Shown here: piece after piece, positions 51,356 to 64,000 of the stretch | Layout of the letters: each line of letters begins with the position of its first letter | Position numbering within the stretch: position 1 is the stretch's first letter | NCBI GenBank assembly: GCA_001949185.1 | Contig: BDGG01000001.1 | Span: 4,577,624-4,641,623, forward strand | Length of the DNA stretch: 64,000 bases | From: Ramazzottius varieornatus | Taxonomy: Eukaryota > Animalia > Tardigrada | Direction: 5' to 3' | Made by a program: the position numbers and the translations under genes | The notes under the pieces: model-generated | The model's database searches: none | Told to the model about the DNA's origin: nothing | What the model saw: only the letters and a program-made list of their open reading frames with translations

Positions 51356-53350
51356 TCAGCGATCCACCTCGCCGAACACGATATCAAGAGTACCGATGAT
51401 AGCAACAATATCAGCTAGCATATGCTGTTTGCCTATGTGGTCGATGGCGGCCAGATGGGCGAACCCTGGAGCTTTAACTTTGCAGCGGTAGGGTCGACTT
51501 GTTCCATCGGAGACCAAGTACACCCCGAACTCTCCTTTGGGTGCTTCCACCGCTGTGTATGTGTTGCCGGGAGGTACCTGGAAGCCTTCGGTGTACAGCT
51601 TGAAATGATGGATCAAAGCTTCCATCGACTCCTAAAGCCACCAAAGTTACCAATACGTTCAAGGATGTTTTTGCCAAAGTTGGAAACTGAGTACGTACCT
51701 TCATTTCCTTCCTTGTTGGTGGGACGATCTTATTATCGTCCACTTTAATTTCTCCGGGTGGCATCTTGTTCAGGGCTTGGAGGATGATCCTCAAGGACTG
51801 TCGCATCTCTTCGACGCGACACAGGTAGCGATCGTAGCAGTCACCGTGCGAACCTATCGGCACGTCGAACTCCACCTTATCGTAGGCATCGTAAGGCTGC
51901 GTCTTACGAAGATCCCACTTGATACCCGAACCACGAAGCATCACCCCACTGAAGAAGAGAACAAACTCAGGTTATAGAATAACGAAACTGGTAGCCCTTC
52001 TTTATCGTCGAAAAATACTTGACCTACATATAAAATAGTAATATTATTATGGTGAAGTTTCGAAAGAAGATATCTTCATATCTTTACCTCATGCCCCAGT
52101 AGAGAGCGTCAGCAGCCGACACGACACCGATGCCGATGGTTCGCTGTTTCCAGATACGGTTCTCCGTCAGCACATCTTCTACTTCATCGATACGCTGGTT
52201 GAACTTCCGAGCCCAGTCGTAGATGTCGTCCATCAGACCCAGCGGCAAGTCGTACTGCACTCCTCCAGGCCTTATATAGTTGGCGTGCATCCGCGCACCG
52301 GAAACCCTCTCGTAGAACTCGCACAGCTATCAAAAACGAAGAGAAACATAAAACCAAGTTTGTCGTGAAGGATACAGCAGCATTGGGAAACGAACCTTCT
52401 CTCGCTCCTCGAACATCCAGAAGAAGGGTGTCATTGCCCCGACGTCCAATGCGTGAGTGCCCACTCCCATGATGTGGTTGAGGATGCGCGTTATCTCACA
52501 GAAAAGGACTACAGAGATGGAAAGTACGTCGTCAGATTGATATTCTCGAAATGAACCTGTCTCGATATCGGATAGGACCGACCTCGGATCATCTTGGCTC
52601 GAGGAGGTACGTCGATATTGAGGAGCTTCTCGATGGCCAAAGCGAAGCAGTTCTCGTTGTACATCATGGAGCAATAGTCCAGGCGATCAAAGTAAGGTAA
52701 TGCTTGCATGTAAGTCTTGTATTCGATCAACTTTTCCGTTGCTCTGTGAAGGAGTCCGATGTGAGGGTCCGCTCTTACGACCGTCTAAATGCAAAGGTGA
52801 AAGAACAGACTGAACGCATTCTCGTCGAATATGCACACGACACATAACAGTGTGGCTTCTTAAGCTATCAATACCTCCCCGTCCATTTCCAAAACGAGAC
52901 GTAGTACACCATGAGCAGCTGGATGTTGCGGACCGAAGTTCAGTTGGATGTTTCGGCACTTCCTTTCTACAGGATGGTCGTTTACTGCAGATAAGAATTT
53001 CCATGACGAACGGAAGCGACGGAATTCCCCCTATACATATGTAGTCATGTACGCACTTACAGTTGTATAATGGTAAGGTTGCCCTATAGCCGCCGTGGTC
53101 AGGTTGAGTTTCGGGCATTAAGATAGGTCCTTTGAACTGGTTTAGCCATTTGGGATCTGGATTCCATTGTGCAGCAGTCCTACCAAGACATACAGTCATA
53201 CATATGGCGAATTTTTAAGCGCAGCAGGAGGATAGACAGGATAAGCGAAACTTACCTCACAGATCCCAAGGAGGTGGTCCTCAGCGCTCCTTGCAGCTGA
53301 GTAAGGGATGCTGTACACTTCCTGGATAACACTCCCAACGAAGTGGCCAT
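51356..53350 (-). CDS. NDUFS2: NADH:ubiquinone oxidoreductase 49 kDa subunit, mitochondrial
   Basis: Transit peptide; [18 protein letters not shown]; [18 protein letters not shown]; [11 protein letters not shown]; [14 protein letters not shown]. Confidence 0.97.
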
Positions 53351-54713
53351 TCCTCTTCAGAATATTAACCCTGGAACACCAGATCCAGCAGTTACGTAGT
53401 ACGTGGGGAGAGAATTCAGAGCAGGATAGCTAGCTGCTGCATCAAGTTCTGCCGTTCCTGATGACGGGATCAAAAGGGTGATTTCCGTTGCACTGTAGTA
53501 TCCTTCCAATCCTCGCGCAGTCACATCCTCGATCCTAACAAATCAAATGCAAAGCTGGAAGGACAATGATCACAAGGAGACTATAAAAGACGCCTGGAAC
53601 GGCAGGAAGGTTATTTTTTCTCGAGTGACGAAGTCACGAAGGACGAAGTGACGCGCTATCGTGTTATTATGTGCCAAATGGAAAACATGCAAGGCGGGAG
53701 AGGGGACGACGTGTTGTAACCGTATGAAGCCACACAGCCTTGCGAGCTCTCCGAAGCTTCATGGCAAGCTGTTCTGTACACAGGAAAAGTACTGAACTCC
53801 TCCGCACCACTGATCGATCGTGACTGATGTGCTGCTAAGCATCGTGTAGCTGGGACCAAAACCACATAATCAATCTTTTGATTGATATGGTCCCAAGCGG
53901 GAGTGGAGAGCGCCAACCATCCGACGACGATTACAGGTTAGATCTGTACAATAGACAAAAGTCCCATGTGCCCTTCCATGCTGTAATCCATGGTTTATTC
54001 ATCCTTCATATTAATTTAAACACTTTTCTCGTAACAGGAACGAAATTTAGGGACCACCAAGTAGTGGATCTGCCGATCTGTAACGTGCAGCAAGACAAAA
54101 AACTGACCACAGTGGAAGTCGAACTCTGGCCTTCTGTGTCCCAGTTACCGCCTTATCAACCGGGACAGCTGGTGCTATGACTAGGAAAATTTCATGGCAA
54201 GTTGGTCTCAGATGGACACGATGTTTAGCAGCTTTCCACTGCTTCGCACTGCAACATCACGATTCACGACCTAAGTTCAGAGAAGTTTCGTTGCGTTATT
54301 TGTTATACAGCTCCAGTGCTCCTTCCTCCGAGACGACGCCCTGACACCTTACGGTGTAAGATCTTACTGCCAACATGCTGACCGGAGCTGTTCCTTGACG
54401 CGCAGAGCGTCGTGAATCAAGTCTGTGTGCACCGTTTGTTGTATGTGCTTCGTGAAGCGTCACGTACGTATATATATGCAAATTCTTCATCGATGAATAC
54501 AATGTGAATGTGTCTTGCAGGCTGTTGGACGGAGACGGAAAATCTGCGTAGGACTGGACTGCTCTTTGTCTTCGGTGTTGAAGCTCCCAGTTCTCTCGAC
54601 GGGAATACATAGCACGGCGGGTGAGCTTCTTCGGAGGGGAGAAACTGATTAACCAACGGGACACTTCCGGCTGTTCGTAGAAAGGCTCACTCGTCCCATA
54701 TCAGACTATCGCG

Positions 54714-57700
54714 ATGGCGAAACGAAACTTCTTTGACCGCATGGTGCAGAAGGTCGATCAGAGCTTCAACAGGTACGCCTTGGATACCACGGCAGTAACG
54801 TTCGTTACTGTTACCGATACTTCGATCAATGATGTGGTCGCTAACAGTGAACAAGACTTCCCTAACCAGTGGTGTTTGATCTTCTCTCATTTAGGAACGA
54901 GAAGAGCGATGTTCTGTCGGGAGAGTTTGAATACTTGAGCAAGCTTTGTCAAACGATGCAGGAAGTCTGCCATACTCTCGCCCAGGAGATCAAAGAGTGC
55001 ATTCCGAATAGCGTCAACGAACCCGCGAAACGCCTGGTAAGAAACCTTTTGCTCTCGCAATATTTAGAAAGACTATGAATACGGAGATTTGCATTTTGCA
55101 GAAGAAAACGAAAAGCTGGGCGTTAGCTCAAACCTTCAAGGAATGCGGTCGAGATAACTTTGATAACCGTAATTCATTCGGGTGAGTTATCCAACCAGAT
55201 AACACTATAGGTATACGCTGTATGAAGTACAGTGTTCCGTATATAACGGACGTCTGACTGATTTTTTGTTATTGTAGATTCCTTCTGCAGTTCTCGGGAG
55301 ATACGGAAGAATGTCTGGCGAAAGAGCAGATCCATTATGAGGCGCGAGTAGAGGAAAGTGTTCTCAACCAACTAACGGCTCTAGAAGTAAGGGTTTCTGT
55401 TCACATGCACTGTCCTGCTTCCGCATACTTCGTCTACCCATCAGAGTAATTTTGCGCTCTCTTCAGGCTGACTTTAAAACTGTGGCAAAGTCGAGGAAGA
55501 ACCTCCACAAACTTTGCGCGGATATGGATTCCGCCAAGAAGAAGTGCGTAGTATATATACCTATGTACCTACTGTTGGATATTATTATTTTGTCTTCCGT
55601 TTACAGATATGAAGGTCTGGCGAGGCAGTCAACCATATCAACGTCGGAGTCGAACGCGGCGAAAATCACCCACGCAAAGACAGAATATGACGACCTGACC
55701 AGACAAGTGGATACTCAGCGAGTAAGCGGACCACCTTCTGGCCGGGTGTGGTCGGTTTCCGCTGGTGACCATGCTTTTTGATTGACAGGATCAGCTTTCG
55801 GTTGAACTGTTATCGATGGCTCCACGCCAAGTAGATGCCGCGAAAGTTTTAATAAAGGTAAACCGCAGAATTCTAAGGTGCTTGTACCGGAAGTCACCTT
55901 CACTGTGTGGTATGTTGTTAGTTGCTACATGTGGACAATGGGTTTTTCTTACAGCATATAGAACTCAAGAAGGAGTACCATCAGCAGGCCTTGAGAATCT
56001 TCGATTCGATCGATCCGGCGGTGCAGTTATTGAAAGGTGGCGTAATCACTTCCGGGGTGAAAGATACGGGTTCTGAGGCTGATGGTACTTTGTTTGCTGT
56101 AGAGAAAATGATACACCCACTTTTTGGGACCGATCTGAAAGCCGAGCTCGATCGACGAAGTGCGGAAATCGCCCTGGTTCTTGACATTTGCTGTACCTAC
56201 CTGTACCATTGCTCGCTGAAGGAGGAGGTACGGTTTCCCGTTAAAACTCACGCTTACATACCACATAGTGACAGATTTGCTTGTAGGGCTTGTTCCGCAT
56301 AGCCGGAAGTTCCAGCAGAGTCAAGTTCCTGAGGGCCGCTTTCGACGCTCAGCTTCCCATGATCTCTAACGGGACCGAGCAGTACCAAGTGGTCAACCTC
56401 CTGACGAACGACATGGATCACCATGCCATCACCAGCCTGTTGAAGACTTACCTACGGGAACTTCCTGATCCTTTACCTACCGCTGCTCTGTACAAAGAGT
56501 GGATGGACACGACAAGGTGCGTATGGCTCCTAATTGGCCAAGATAGTCCAGCGTTCTCTCTTACTAACCAGCAATTAACCATACATTTTTTCTGACAGGA
56601 TAGCGGACGTTGAGGAACGAAAGCGAGTTCTGAAAGCTGTGATCGAGAAACTTCCCGATGAGAACTACGCTAACTTGTGGTGAGCAGAATTTGCTGGAAA
56701 ATGCATCAGGCTTTTTTTCATCGTTCGGTGTAATGTTGTAATGTTCTTGTGTCTTTGTAGCTTTTTGATTCAATTCCTGGCCGTCGTGGCGAGTCATTCG
56801 GAAGAGAACAAAATGACTGCTGTGAACTTGGCTATTGTTATCGCCCCCAGTTTATTTACTACAGGCACCAGTGAGAAGTAAGTATGAATCTTCTTTTTTT
56901 TGTGTTTCGATAAAGCTGTCGCCGAACGTTCTCCGAATGGTGACATTGGTTTGGTGTTGCAGGGTTCAATTTGATATGGCAGCCACGAGCTCTGCCAATA
57001 CCATCGTGGAAACCCTCATCACTTACCAAGACGAGCTGTTCCCTGGTGGTAAGCTTTAAATTTCCGAAGGGTTCAGGCCACCTTACGGTGTGATCTGACA
57101 TCCCGTAAGGTTTGTTTTTGCCTCCAGATTTCCAGCCGTCAAATAGCTTTCCGGTGACGCCCAACTTCTTCAACTACAGCGAGTTCGAGCACCTTGCTAG
57201 CGCTAGCGAACCCGAACGTAGCGAACTTTCCGTACCGCCCATCAAACGGGACACGTCGTAAGTATTTTCCTTATAACCGAACAGAAAACTCCGACTTTGT
57301 TTCCGGTTTAGTACAGTTTTTGTTACGGCAATCTTGAATGTTGACTAGGCCTTCCACACTTGCGGTAACAACCACTCCTCACAAAGAAGAGCCTCCCGTT
57401 AAAGCGAAGAAAGCTCCACCACCCCCCTCTCTGCCTAAACGTATCACGGTCGTCGACCCAGTCCCTCCCAAAACAATTAGCGAAGAAGTGTCCAGACACT
57501 CCCCTCCACCCATAGCAGTTCCAGAAGACGTGTCTTCTCCGACGCCCAAGCCCAGACTCTACCCGGACATGTCCACCATCGCGGCGTCCTATGGACCCAC
57601 GATCCTCCCGGTAGCCTACAGTCCGCCCAAGCACCCTTCTGCTCCTGCTGTTGAAGAAGGGACCACGAATGGTGTGGCAGTTGCTCCTTCACCTGTGCCT

Positions 57701-58243
57701 GTGCCACGAAACAAGACCAAACCTGCTGTGCCTCCACACCATCACACTCGAGCGGCGTCAGCGGACATAAGTAGTAATAAGTTAGCGGTGAATAAGACGT
57801 TCATGTCTGCAGAAAATAAAGCGGAGAAGAACGATACGAAATTTCCTTTCGAAGGTACGAGCGTTGAGTGGAAATGTTCATCGGATGGGAGCTCCGCAGA
57901 CAAACTCGGCCAGATCGTTTCGTCAAGTGGCGCACGCTTTCAGTGTTATCGGCTGGAAGCTTGCGCCACTTGGAAGAACAATCTCGTCAAGGGGTTTGAC
58001 CTCGAATATGGAATATTTTGTGCTGAAAATTTCTCATCCAAGTTTGTTTCTTTTGAAGGCACGCTACCTGAGAGGACGGAATCGCTGATACAGAAAAGTA
58101 TAGAGCGGTTGCAGATACAGGATTCCAGTAAGCCGATGTTACAACCGAAGCCCGCTTCAGCTCAATTAGCGGCTACGAAAGCGTCACAAGGGAAGCCGCC
58201 GACGCCACCTCCACGGCAGATACACGAGAATACTTACTTATAA
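54714..58243 (+). CDS. ARHGAP17: BAR + RhoGAP protein, RICH/nadrin (ARHGAP17/44) family, Pro-rich tail
   Basis: MAKRNFFDRMVQKVDQSFNR N-BAR start; LFGTDL; EEGLFRIAGSSSRVK; ITSLLKTYLRELPDPL; NKMTAVNLAIVIAP; C-terminal ENTYL (PDZ-ligand-like). Confidence 0.87.
57924..57972. repeat. Palindrome family A core (ARHGAP17/44 last intron)
   Basis: CAAGTGGCGCAC-N25-TTGCGCCACTTG. Confidence 0.9.
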
Positions 58244-58868
58244 TGTTTTATTAATGAATTTTTTATACCTAAATCTGGTTTTCGATTGTGATTGTTCTTT
58301 TACTGGTTGAAAAAGATGAGTGAGTTAGAGGCAGTGACAAGAGTGCATTCCAGTGCAGCTATTTTATTTTGATTTTTATGTCTGAAGGTCTCTACATTTA
58401 AGCAATGCGAAGCCACGCTGTGTGTTGATTCCTTTTTAAAGTTGTGATTGGCTCTTTACAAGTGTGCAGAATTATTTTGATACTGACGAACACTGGTTTG
58501 TAATTGTTTTCAGCGTTTCAATGAGAAATGACCAGTGATTGAATTAACCGGTTGCATCAGTCACCACAATATTTCTTGAAACAAGAACTCGACTTGTATG
58601 GTGGCGGTCTTCCGCGATGTTGGCCGCGTGTACGAACCGTTGACTAATCAAAGTAATATTGTTTGCTTCTCCATAAACAAGCCCAACACCTTCGACTTGC
58701 GCAGCCAAGCATTGGTTGAAGTGACCAAAATGGCCTTCGGGGATAACCTAACCTACACATGTGCGGTTTCCGTATTCCACGTACAGTCTAGCAGAACTTC
58801 GCGTCAACAAAGGCGAAGTATAAGACAGTCGTGTTGGCTAGTGCGACTTCCTGCTTTCCATCGGCACA

Positions 58869-61800
58869 ATGGCAAAACTCTCCCTAGTGTTGATTTTCAT
58901 TGTACTGCAGGTTACTCTGGAACATGATGGACTTACATTCGCCGAAAACGTGGAAAGTCCTTCGGTGGAACCTTCCTTGATGGTTCTTCTTCGACGTCGA
59001 AGTCATTTGCCTCACTCAGACGGAACTACAGCGGAATTACCCACGGACCGGGAGTCAGCTACCAGAGAATCTCAAGGACAGTCTATCGATGTGGATGCAC
59101 TTAGAGCTATGATTAGTCCGACGAGGACCCGTCAGAATGTCCCACCGGAAGACAGTATGGAAGATGGGACCAAGGACCGCGCTAAGCGCTGCTTGACTTG
59201 CAGCATGGACAATCCCAACGCCAACTCGATGGACATGGGCTCAGATATGTCTGATGGCGAGAGAATGTTGCTTATTGCCAAAGTGATGGGCGCTTCGGGA
59301 GACACCAGCGGCATGTCTGGTAGCTCAGGCCAAATGTTTATTCGACAAGCCGGAAATCAAGACGGGTATCTACAGTTAGGACCGGGAACTTACACAATTG
59401 CAGGTAATTTATTCCAGTGAATATCTTCCACCCGAGTGAAAACGAGACAGATGCAAGTCAGAAACAATCTTTATCAACCCAGGGTGTTTTTCCAGTCAGC
59501 TCGATAAACGCCCAGTCCTCCAGGTGGTAGAAGTTCGCTGGTGTTTGATGCAGCGGCACTTCCGCCTTGCGCCTGTTCGGCAACGTGGTGGCCCGCAGGG
59601 TGCTTGTGGTGATGGCCATGATGGTCCCCGCTGTGATGGTTGTGTCCGTGCGGCGTTGATGACGCAACCGCGACTAACATGGCCAGCAAGAATATCAGAC
59701 GGAGAAGCATTTTCGTCAAGAAAGGGCTTAGGTAGTCCAGAAGGACCTAGTTGGGAGTATGACAAGCAAGCTGTACGAGCAGTTTAAAAAATACTCGACT
59801 GCCTTCGGGTTTTGGGCTCGCACTAGATGAAGTTTTCCCTGAATCTCTTAGGAACGCTGGTCAAGCACCGGTACGCGGGCAGCAGCTTTGAACTTCAGCA
59901 TAATCTCGATTACCTACTTATTCACAAGAAACAAACGAATGGTCATTACATCCTGAAGAAAAGCGAAAATTCCACGAACTGGTTCCGGAAGTCGCACGTT
60001 CCGGAATGCCGACTGCGACATTCAATAACTCCAAGCCTGTTTCGCAAAAATCAAACTGGACACGATTCAGCTCACAGAAAAATATCAATCTATCACTATC
60101 ACATTATGCGCAAAGCACTAACCTACAGCGGTACCATGTAGAAAAACGGATCCACCAAATCATGTGGACATGTCAGTAGCTCACCATTTTGGGTTTTTCC
60201 CTACGATTATTTTTCAAGACTGTGCATTTTAGGCCAGAAACATTCATTGAAATGATCGAACTAACCGCACCTCTTTCTCCTCTTGTACGTTCTGAGAGCG
60301 GAATCTTTTGCAGGCGCGATGCGTACAACATTAATTGACAACAACATGTACACCCTTTCTTCGTACATTCGCCTGATAAACGGAATGCCCACCTTGGGTG
60401 TGGTCACCTTAGTACCCATGCAGACTGCCTTCGCCGGCGGAAGTCGAATGGGTAGCGTCGGTGGCAGCAACATGAACGCCTTTGGAGTACCCAATCAAGG
60501 TACTTTCACCATCGCTGGTGGGATCAACACCTTCTACTCCGAAGGTGTCCCCTACACCGCCTCGACCTACACCCGCATTGCCGACGGAGCTGTCACGTAC
60601 GGAACCGTCACTCTGGCTGGTCTCCAGACTTACTATAACGACCAACTGCTCCAGGCAGGCCAGAATGCTTTTGGAGTACCCAACAGGGGAACCTTCTCGC
60701 TTGCTGGCAAGATGATGACCAGCTACATCAGCGGTAACCCGGTGGTCATGTCGACTTACACCAGGATAGTCGACGGTGTCGCCACCTACGGAACGGTATG
60801 CGTTGAAACGGCAAGATCACTAAGTCTTGGCAAAATGCAAGAACAAATTTTTAGTTCTTTAAATCGCAAAAAATTTTGCCTAAATACTAAACTACCACAA
60901 ACAAATTTGGAAATTTAAAGCAAAAAAATAAGAGATTTATCGAAGATATCCAGTTTGTGTCATGCCGGTTTTTTGGGATATTTTTGATTTGTTTCCTCAT
61001 AGATCACATTAGGAAGTATGCAGACTTTCTACCAAGGTCGACTCCTCGCACCCGGTGAGAACGCTTTCGGGGTGCCGAACCAAGGTACCTTCACTTTGGG
61101 AGGTCCCATCCAGACCAGCCTGTACAATGGCTACCAAATGACGCTGTCAACGTACACCCGCGTCGTCGATGGTCTCCCCACATACGGTACAGTCACCCTC
61201 GGCACTATGCAGACCTACTTCCAAGGAAAGCTCCTCCAGCCAGGCGAGAACGCCTACGGTGTCCCGAACGTCGGTACCTACACCCTACAAGGCGCCATGT
61301 CGACCCTTATAGACAGTAACGGCTATCCCCTTACCGTCTCCACGTACACAAAGATCGTCGACGGTGCGGCGACCTTCGGTACCATCACTCTAGGTTCCAT
61401 GCAGACGTACTACCAAGGAAGACTTCTGAGAGCAGGCGAGAACGCGTACGGCGTACCCAATGTTGGCACGTACACTCTGGGTGGGAACATGCAGACACTG
61501 AACATGAATGGCTACCCGTACACCGTCTCCTCTTACACAAAGATTGTAGATGGTGTGGCTACTTTCGGCACTGTCACGTTGGGCGGTATGCAGACTAACT
61601 ATAATGGGCGAATCCTGGCGCCGGGCGAGAACGCCTATGGAGTGCCCAGTCGAGGTACCTTCACGCTTCCGGGTTCCATGGCCGTCTTCCAGACGAACGG
61701 CTACCCCATGACGGTGTCCACTTATACAAAGATTGTCGACGGAGTGGCGACGTTTGGTACCATCACTCTGGGATCGATGCAAACGTACTATAATGGAAGA

Positions 61801-62981
61801 CTGTTGAGACAAGGAGAGAATGCATACGGAGTACCGAATCAGGGTGTTTATACGTTACCTGGACCTATGCAGACTTTCATCGACCAAAACAGTACGAATC
61901 GATTTAAAGTCCGTGAAAGTACTGTAGAAGAAAGCCCGGTGAAGAAAGTCGCCAATATTTCAGAGCGGATCAGTCAGTACCTGGTCTCAACTGCAGTGTA
62001 GGGAATGCGTCCCTTCCCGTTCCTCCATATGGACATTTTTTCCGGCTTCCGGTTGGAAATACCCATCATAAAACCGTTCTCCAGACTGGAAGCCGAAAAA
62101 AATCCAAATGGAGAAACAGGAAGGGATGAGTTTCCGCCACTGTAGGTCTGTGCTCTTTTTTCTCGATCGCACGTGATTCTAACAAATTTTGTCTGATGAT
62201 TAAACTCGTTCCAGGTTATCCCATTACCGTGTCGTCGTACACGAGGATCGTCGACGGACGAGCGACATTCGGCGCCGTAACACAAGGTCCGCAAATGACC
62301 TATTACAACGGTAACATCGTCCCCCACGGTCAGAACCCTTACGGAGTACCCAACCAAGGAACCTACACGCTACCTGGAAACATGCGCGTCTTGAATGTCG
62401 CCGGCCAGCAGCAGACCCAATCCACCTACACCCGCATCGTCGATGGCGTAGCTACCTACGGAACTATCACCATCGGCCAAATGCAAACTTACTTCGTGCC
62501 CAATGATCAAAACCGAATTATATCCAGCAACGTTCAACCCATGATTATCTCCAGTCCGCAAAACCAAATAGTGTCGAACCAACGAGTCATCGTTTCGAGT
62601 CCGCAAAACCAGTTCTTGACCAACAGCCAGAACCAACTTCTGTCCAACCTGATTTCCTCTTCGAACCAAGGAGTGCAACCCATGGTTCTGCTACCTAATT
62701 CTGGCTCGTCGAGCAACCGGCAAGTTCAGATTGTTGTGCAGGACCAGAACCGTCAACCCTTCATCGTTCGCAACAACAACCAAGGCATGAACAGCGGACA
62801 GTTCCGGACAGAAATTTTGACTCAACTTACTAATATTCCAGTGACGCGAACCAGGATCATCCCTGCTGACGATGGTCAGTTCCAAGCGGCGACCATGTTC
62901 GTCCAGCAAGGCCAGTCGATTCCCTTTCCGACTTTTCAGAGAGTCACCGGACTTGCTGGACCAATGCCTTGTGTTAAATAA
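58869..62981 (+). CDS. Secreted ~890-aa protein with about nine tandem 63-aa T/G/Y-rich repeats and a Q/N-rich tail; function unknown
   Basis: Exons 58869-59403, 60314-60795, 61003-61891 and 62215-62981 join in frame through GT-AG introns (2673 nt = 891 codons). Signal-peptide-like N-terminus; repeat register preserved across the junctions. Confidence 0.85.
59474..59719 (-). CDS. Small secreted His-rich peptide (81 aa), nested antisense in intron 1 of the repeat-protein gene
   Basis: Signal-peptide-like MTKMLLRLIFLLAMLVAVASS followed by TPHGHNHHSGDHHGHHHKHPAGHH; single ORF fully inside intron 59404-60313. Confidence 0.65.
   Translation of the reverse strand: MTKMLLRLIFLLAMLVAVASSTPHGHNHHSGDHHGHHHKHPAGHHVAEQAQGGSAAASNTSELLPPGGLGVYRADWKNTLG
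62030..62106. repeat. Intronic hairpin in intron 3 of the repeat-protein gene
   Basis: TGGACATTTTTTCCGGCTTCCGGTTGGA ... TCCAGACTGGAAGCCGAAAAAAATCCA. Confidence 0.65.
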
Positions 62982-63330
62982 CCTACGACGAGAACGAAGG
63001 AACAATATTCTGAATTTATGATATACCGATGGAAGTTTGACTCACATGTCATACTCAATTCCTTGCTGCCATTTTCTAATTGGATCTTAACAGTAGAATT
63101 CTTGTCGAGGCGTTATAAACAGAAAAGTAACGTGAAAATTTCTTTGGCAATTCATTACCGCACTTTCCACTGTTGCAACCTGACGACCACCGGACAAAAT
63201 CCCGCACCATTCCGTTAGGAGTAAATCAAATAAAACATGGAGTTAAAAACAACGGGATTACAGGAGCAGAGGAAAAGGTTTATTAAAACTTCTCAAGAAA
63301 TGTCGGGCGAATACCACTCTGCTTAATATA

Positions 63331-64000
63331 TTAAATAGTTTTCTTATCAGAAGGTGCGCCAGACTTATCACCAGAACCGGAAGGTTGGTCCTCCAGAATT
63401 GCTTCCTTCCTCAGAACGTCCATCACTTCTTCGAGCTGCTTGGGGGTGATCGTGGTGTTCTCCTCACCGATCAGCTCGATAACCTGTCAACCGATTCACG
63501 GTAAAGTATGTTCCCACAAGAGAAAACTGGGGGACCAGCAACGAAAGACATGAGATCATCGTTCTGAGTGGCGCGCGTCTTCATTGTTATCGTGTAGAAG
63601 AGCGCGCTACTTAAGATAGCAATCTGTGCGTTTCGTTTGCCGCTCTTCTTTCTTTCAGAAAGTACTCGCCATACCTTCAAAGCGTGTTCCAGCTCAATGT
63701 TACCGTCCTTATCGATATCCATGAGCCGTAGAACTTCTTCTATTCTGGCCAAACGTTCGTGGTCGCCAGTTTTGCCAAGCTCTTTCATTGTCGATACCAA
63801 TGTTTGGATATTCAAAATATTATCCCTGCAAGCAAAAACCATGTGAGGTTCACATGCAATACGAACTGAGGTGTTATATTACTAGTACTTCTTCTGATCC
63901 ATTTTGTCGACCATATCCAGCATCTTATGCGTGTCGACGTCGGCATCCTTTTCGAGTATCTTGACTTGCTTCGAGGTATCTATGACTTCATCCTTGATCT
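63331..64000 (-). CDS. LETM1: LETM1 mitochondrial Ca2+/H+ (K+/H+) exchanger, 3' part only
   Basis: ERLARIEEVLRLMDIDKDGNIELEHALK|VIELIGEENTTITPKQLEEVMDVLRKE matches the LETM1-type C-terminal EF-hand region; runs off the window. Confidence 0.8.
63565..63613. repeat. Palindrome family A core (LETM1 intron)
   Basis: TGAGTGGCGCGC-N25-GCGCGCTACTTA; compensatory core change in both arms. Confidence 0.85.

Noticed and set aside
54030-54510. HIT/HINT3-like fragments (IVFIDEEF, HYLVVPK) on the minus strand
   Set aside because: Fragments cannot be joined in frame with plausible splice sites, and no HxHxH triad was found.

Overview
This is eukaryotic DNA: a gene-dense, intron-rich animal genome segment with many 60-200 nt GT-AG introns and roughly balanced GC. 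A compact invertebrate such as a tardigrade (Ramazzottius-like) is my inference, not something the window proves. I can assemble 18 protein-coding gene models by hand: PCBP/mub KH protein, an orphan hydrophilic protein, RPL10, PDE9, DCAF8, RPS16, Emx/ems homeobox, a single-EH Eps15-like protein, DDX3/belle, fuseless, CFAP77-like, MFSD6, GSK3/shaggy, NDUFS2, ARHGAP17/44, a secreted ~890-aa protein with about nine 63-aa repeats, a His-rich secreted micro-protein nested antisense in that gene's first intron, and the 3' end of LETM1. The main unexplained structure is non-coding. Family A has 18 copies of a ~110-bp palindrome (core CAAGTGGCGCAC-N25-GTGCGCCACTTG), 14 of them intronic, with an almost invariant spacer length and copy-specific complementary outer arms. 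Family B is a second fixed-geometry intronic palindrome (ACCTGCATAC-N30-GTATGCAGGT, 4 copies). Several one-off foldbacks also occur. I found no rRNA, tRNA, CRISPR array or transposase. Exon boundaries were read manually and some are approximate.
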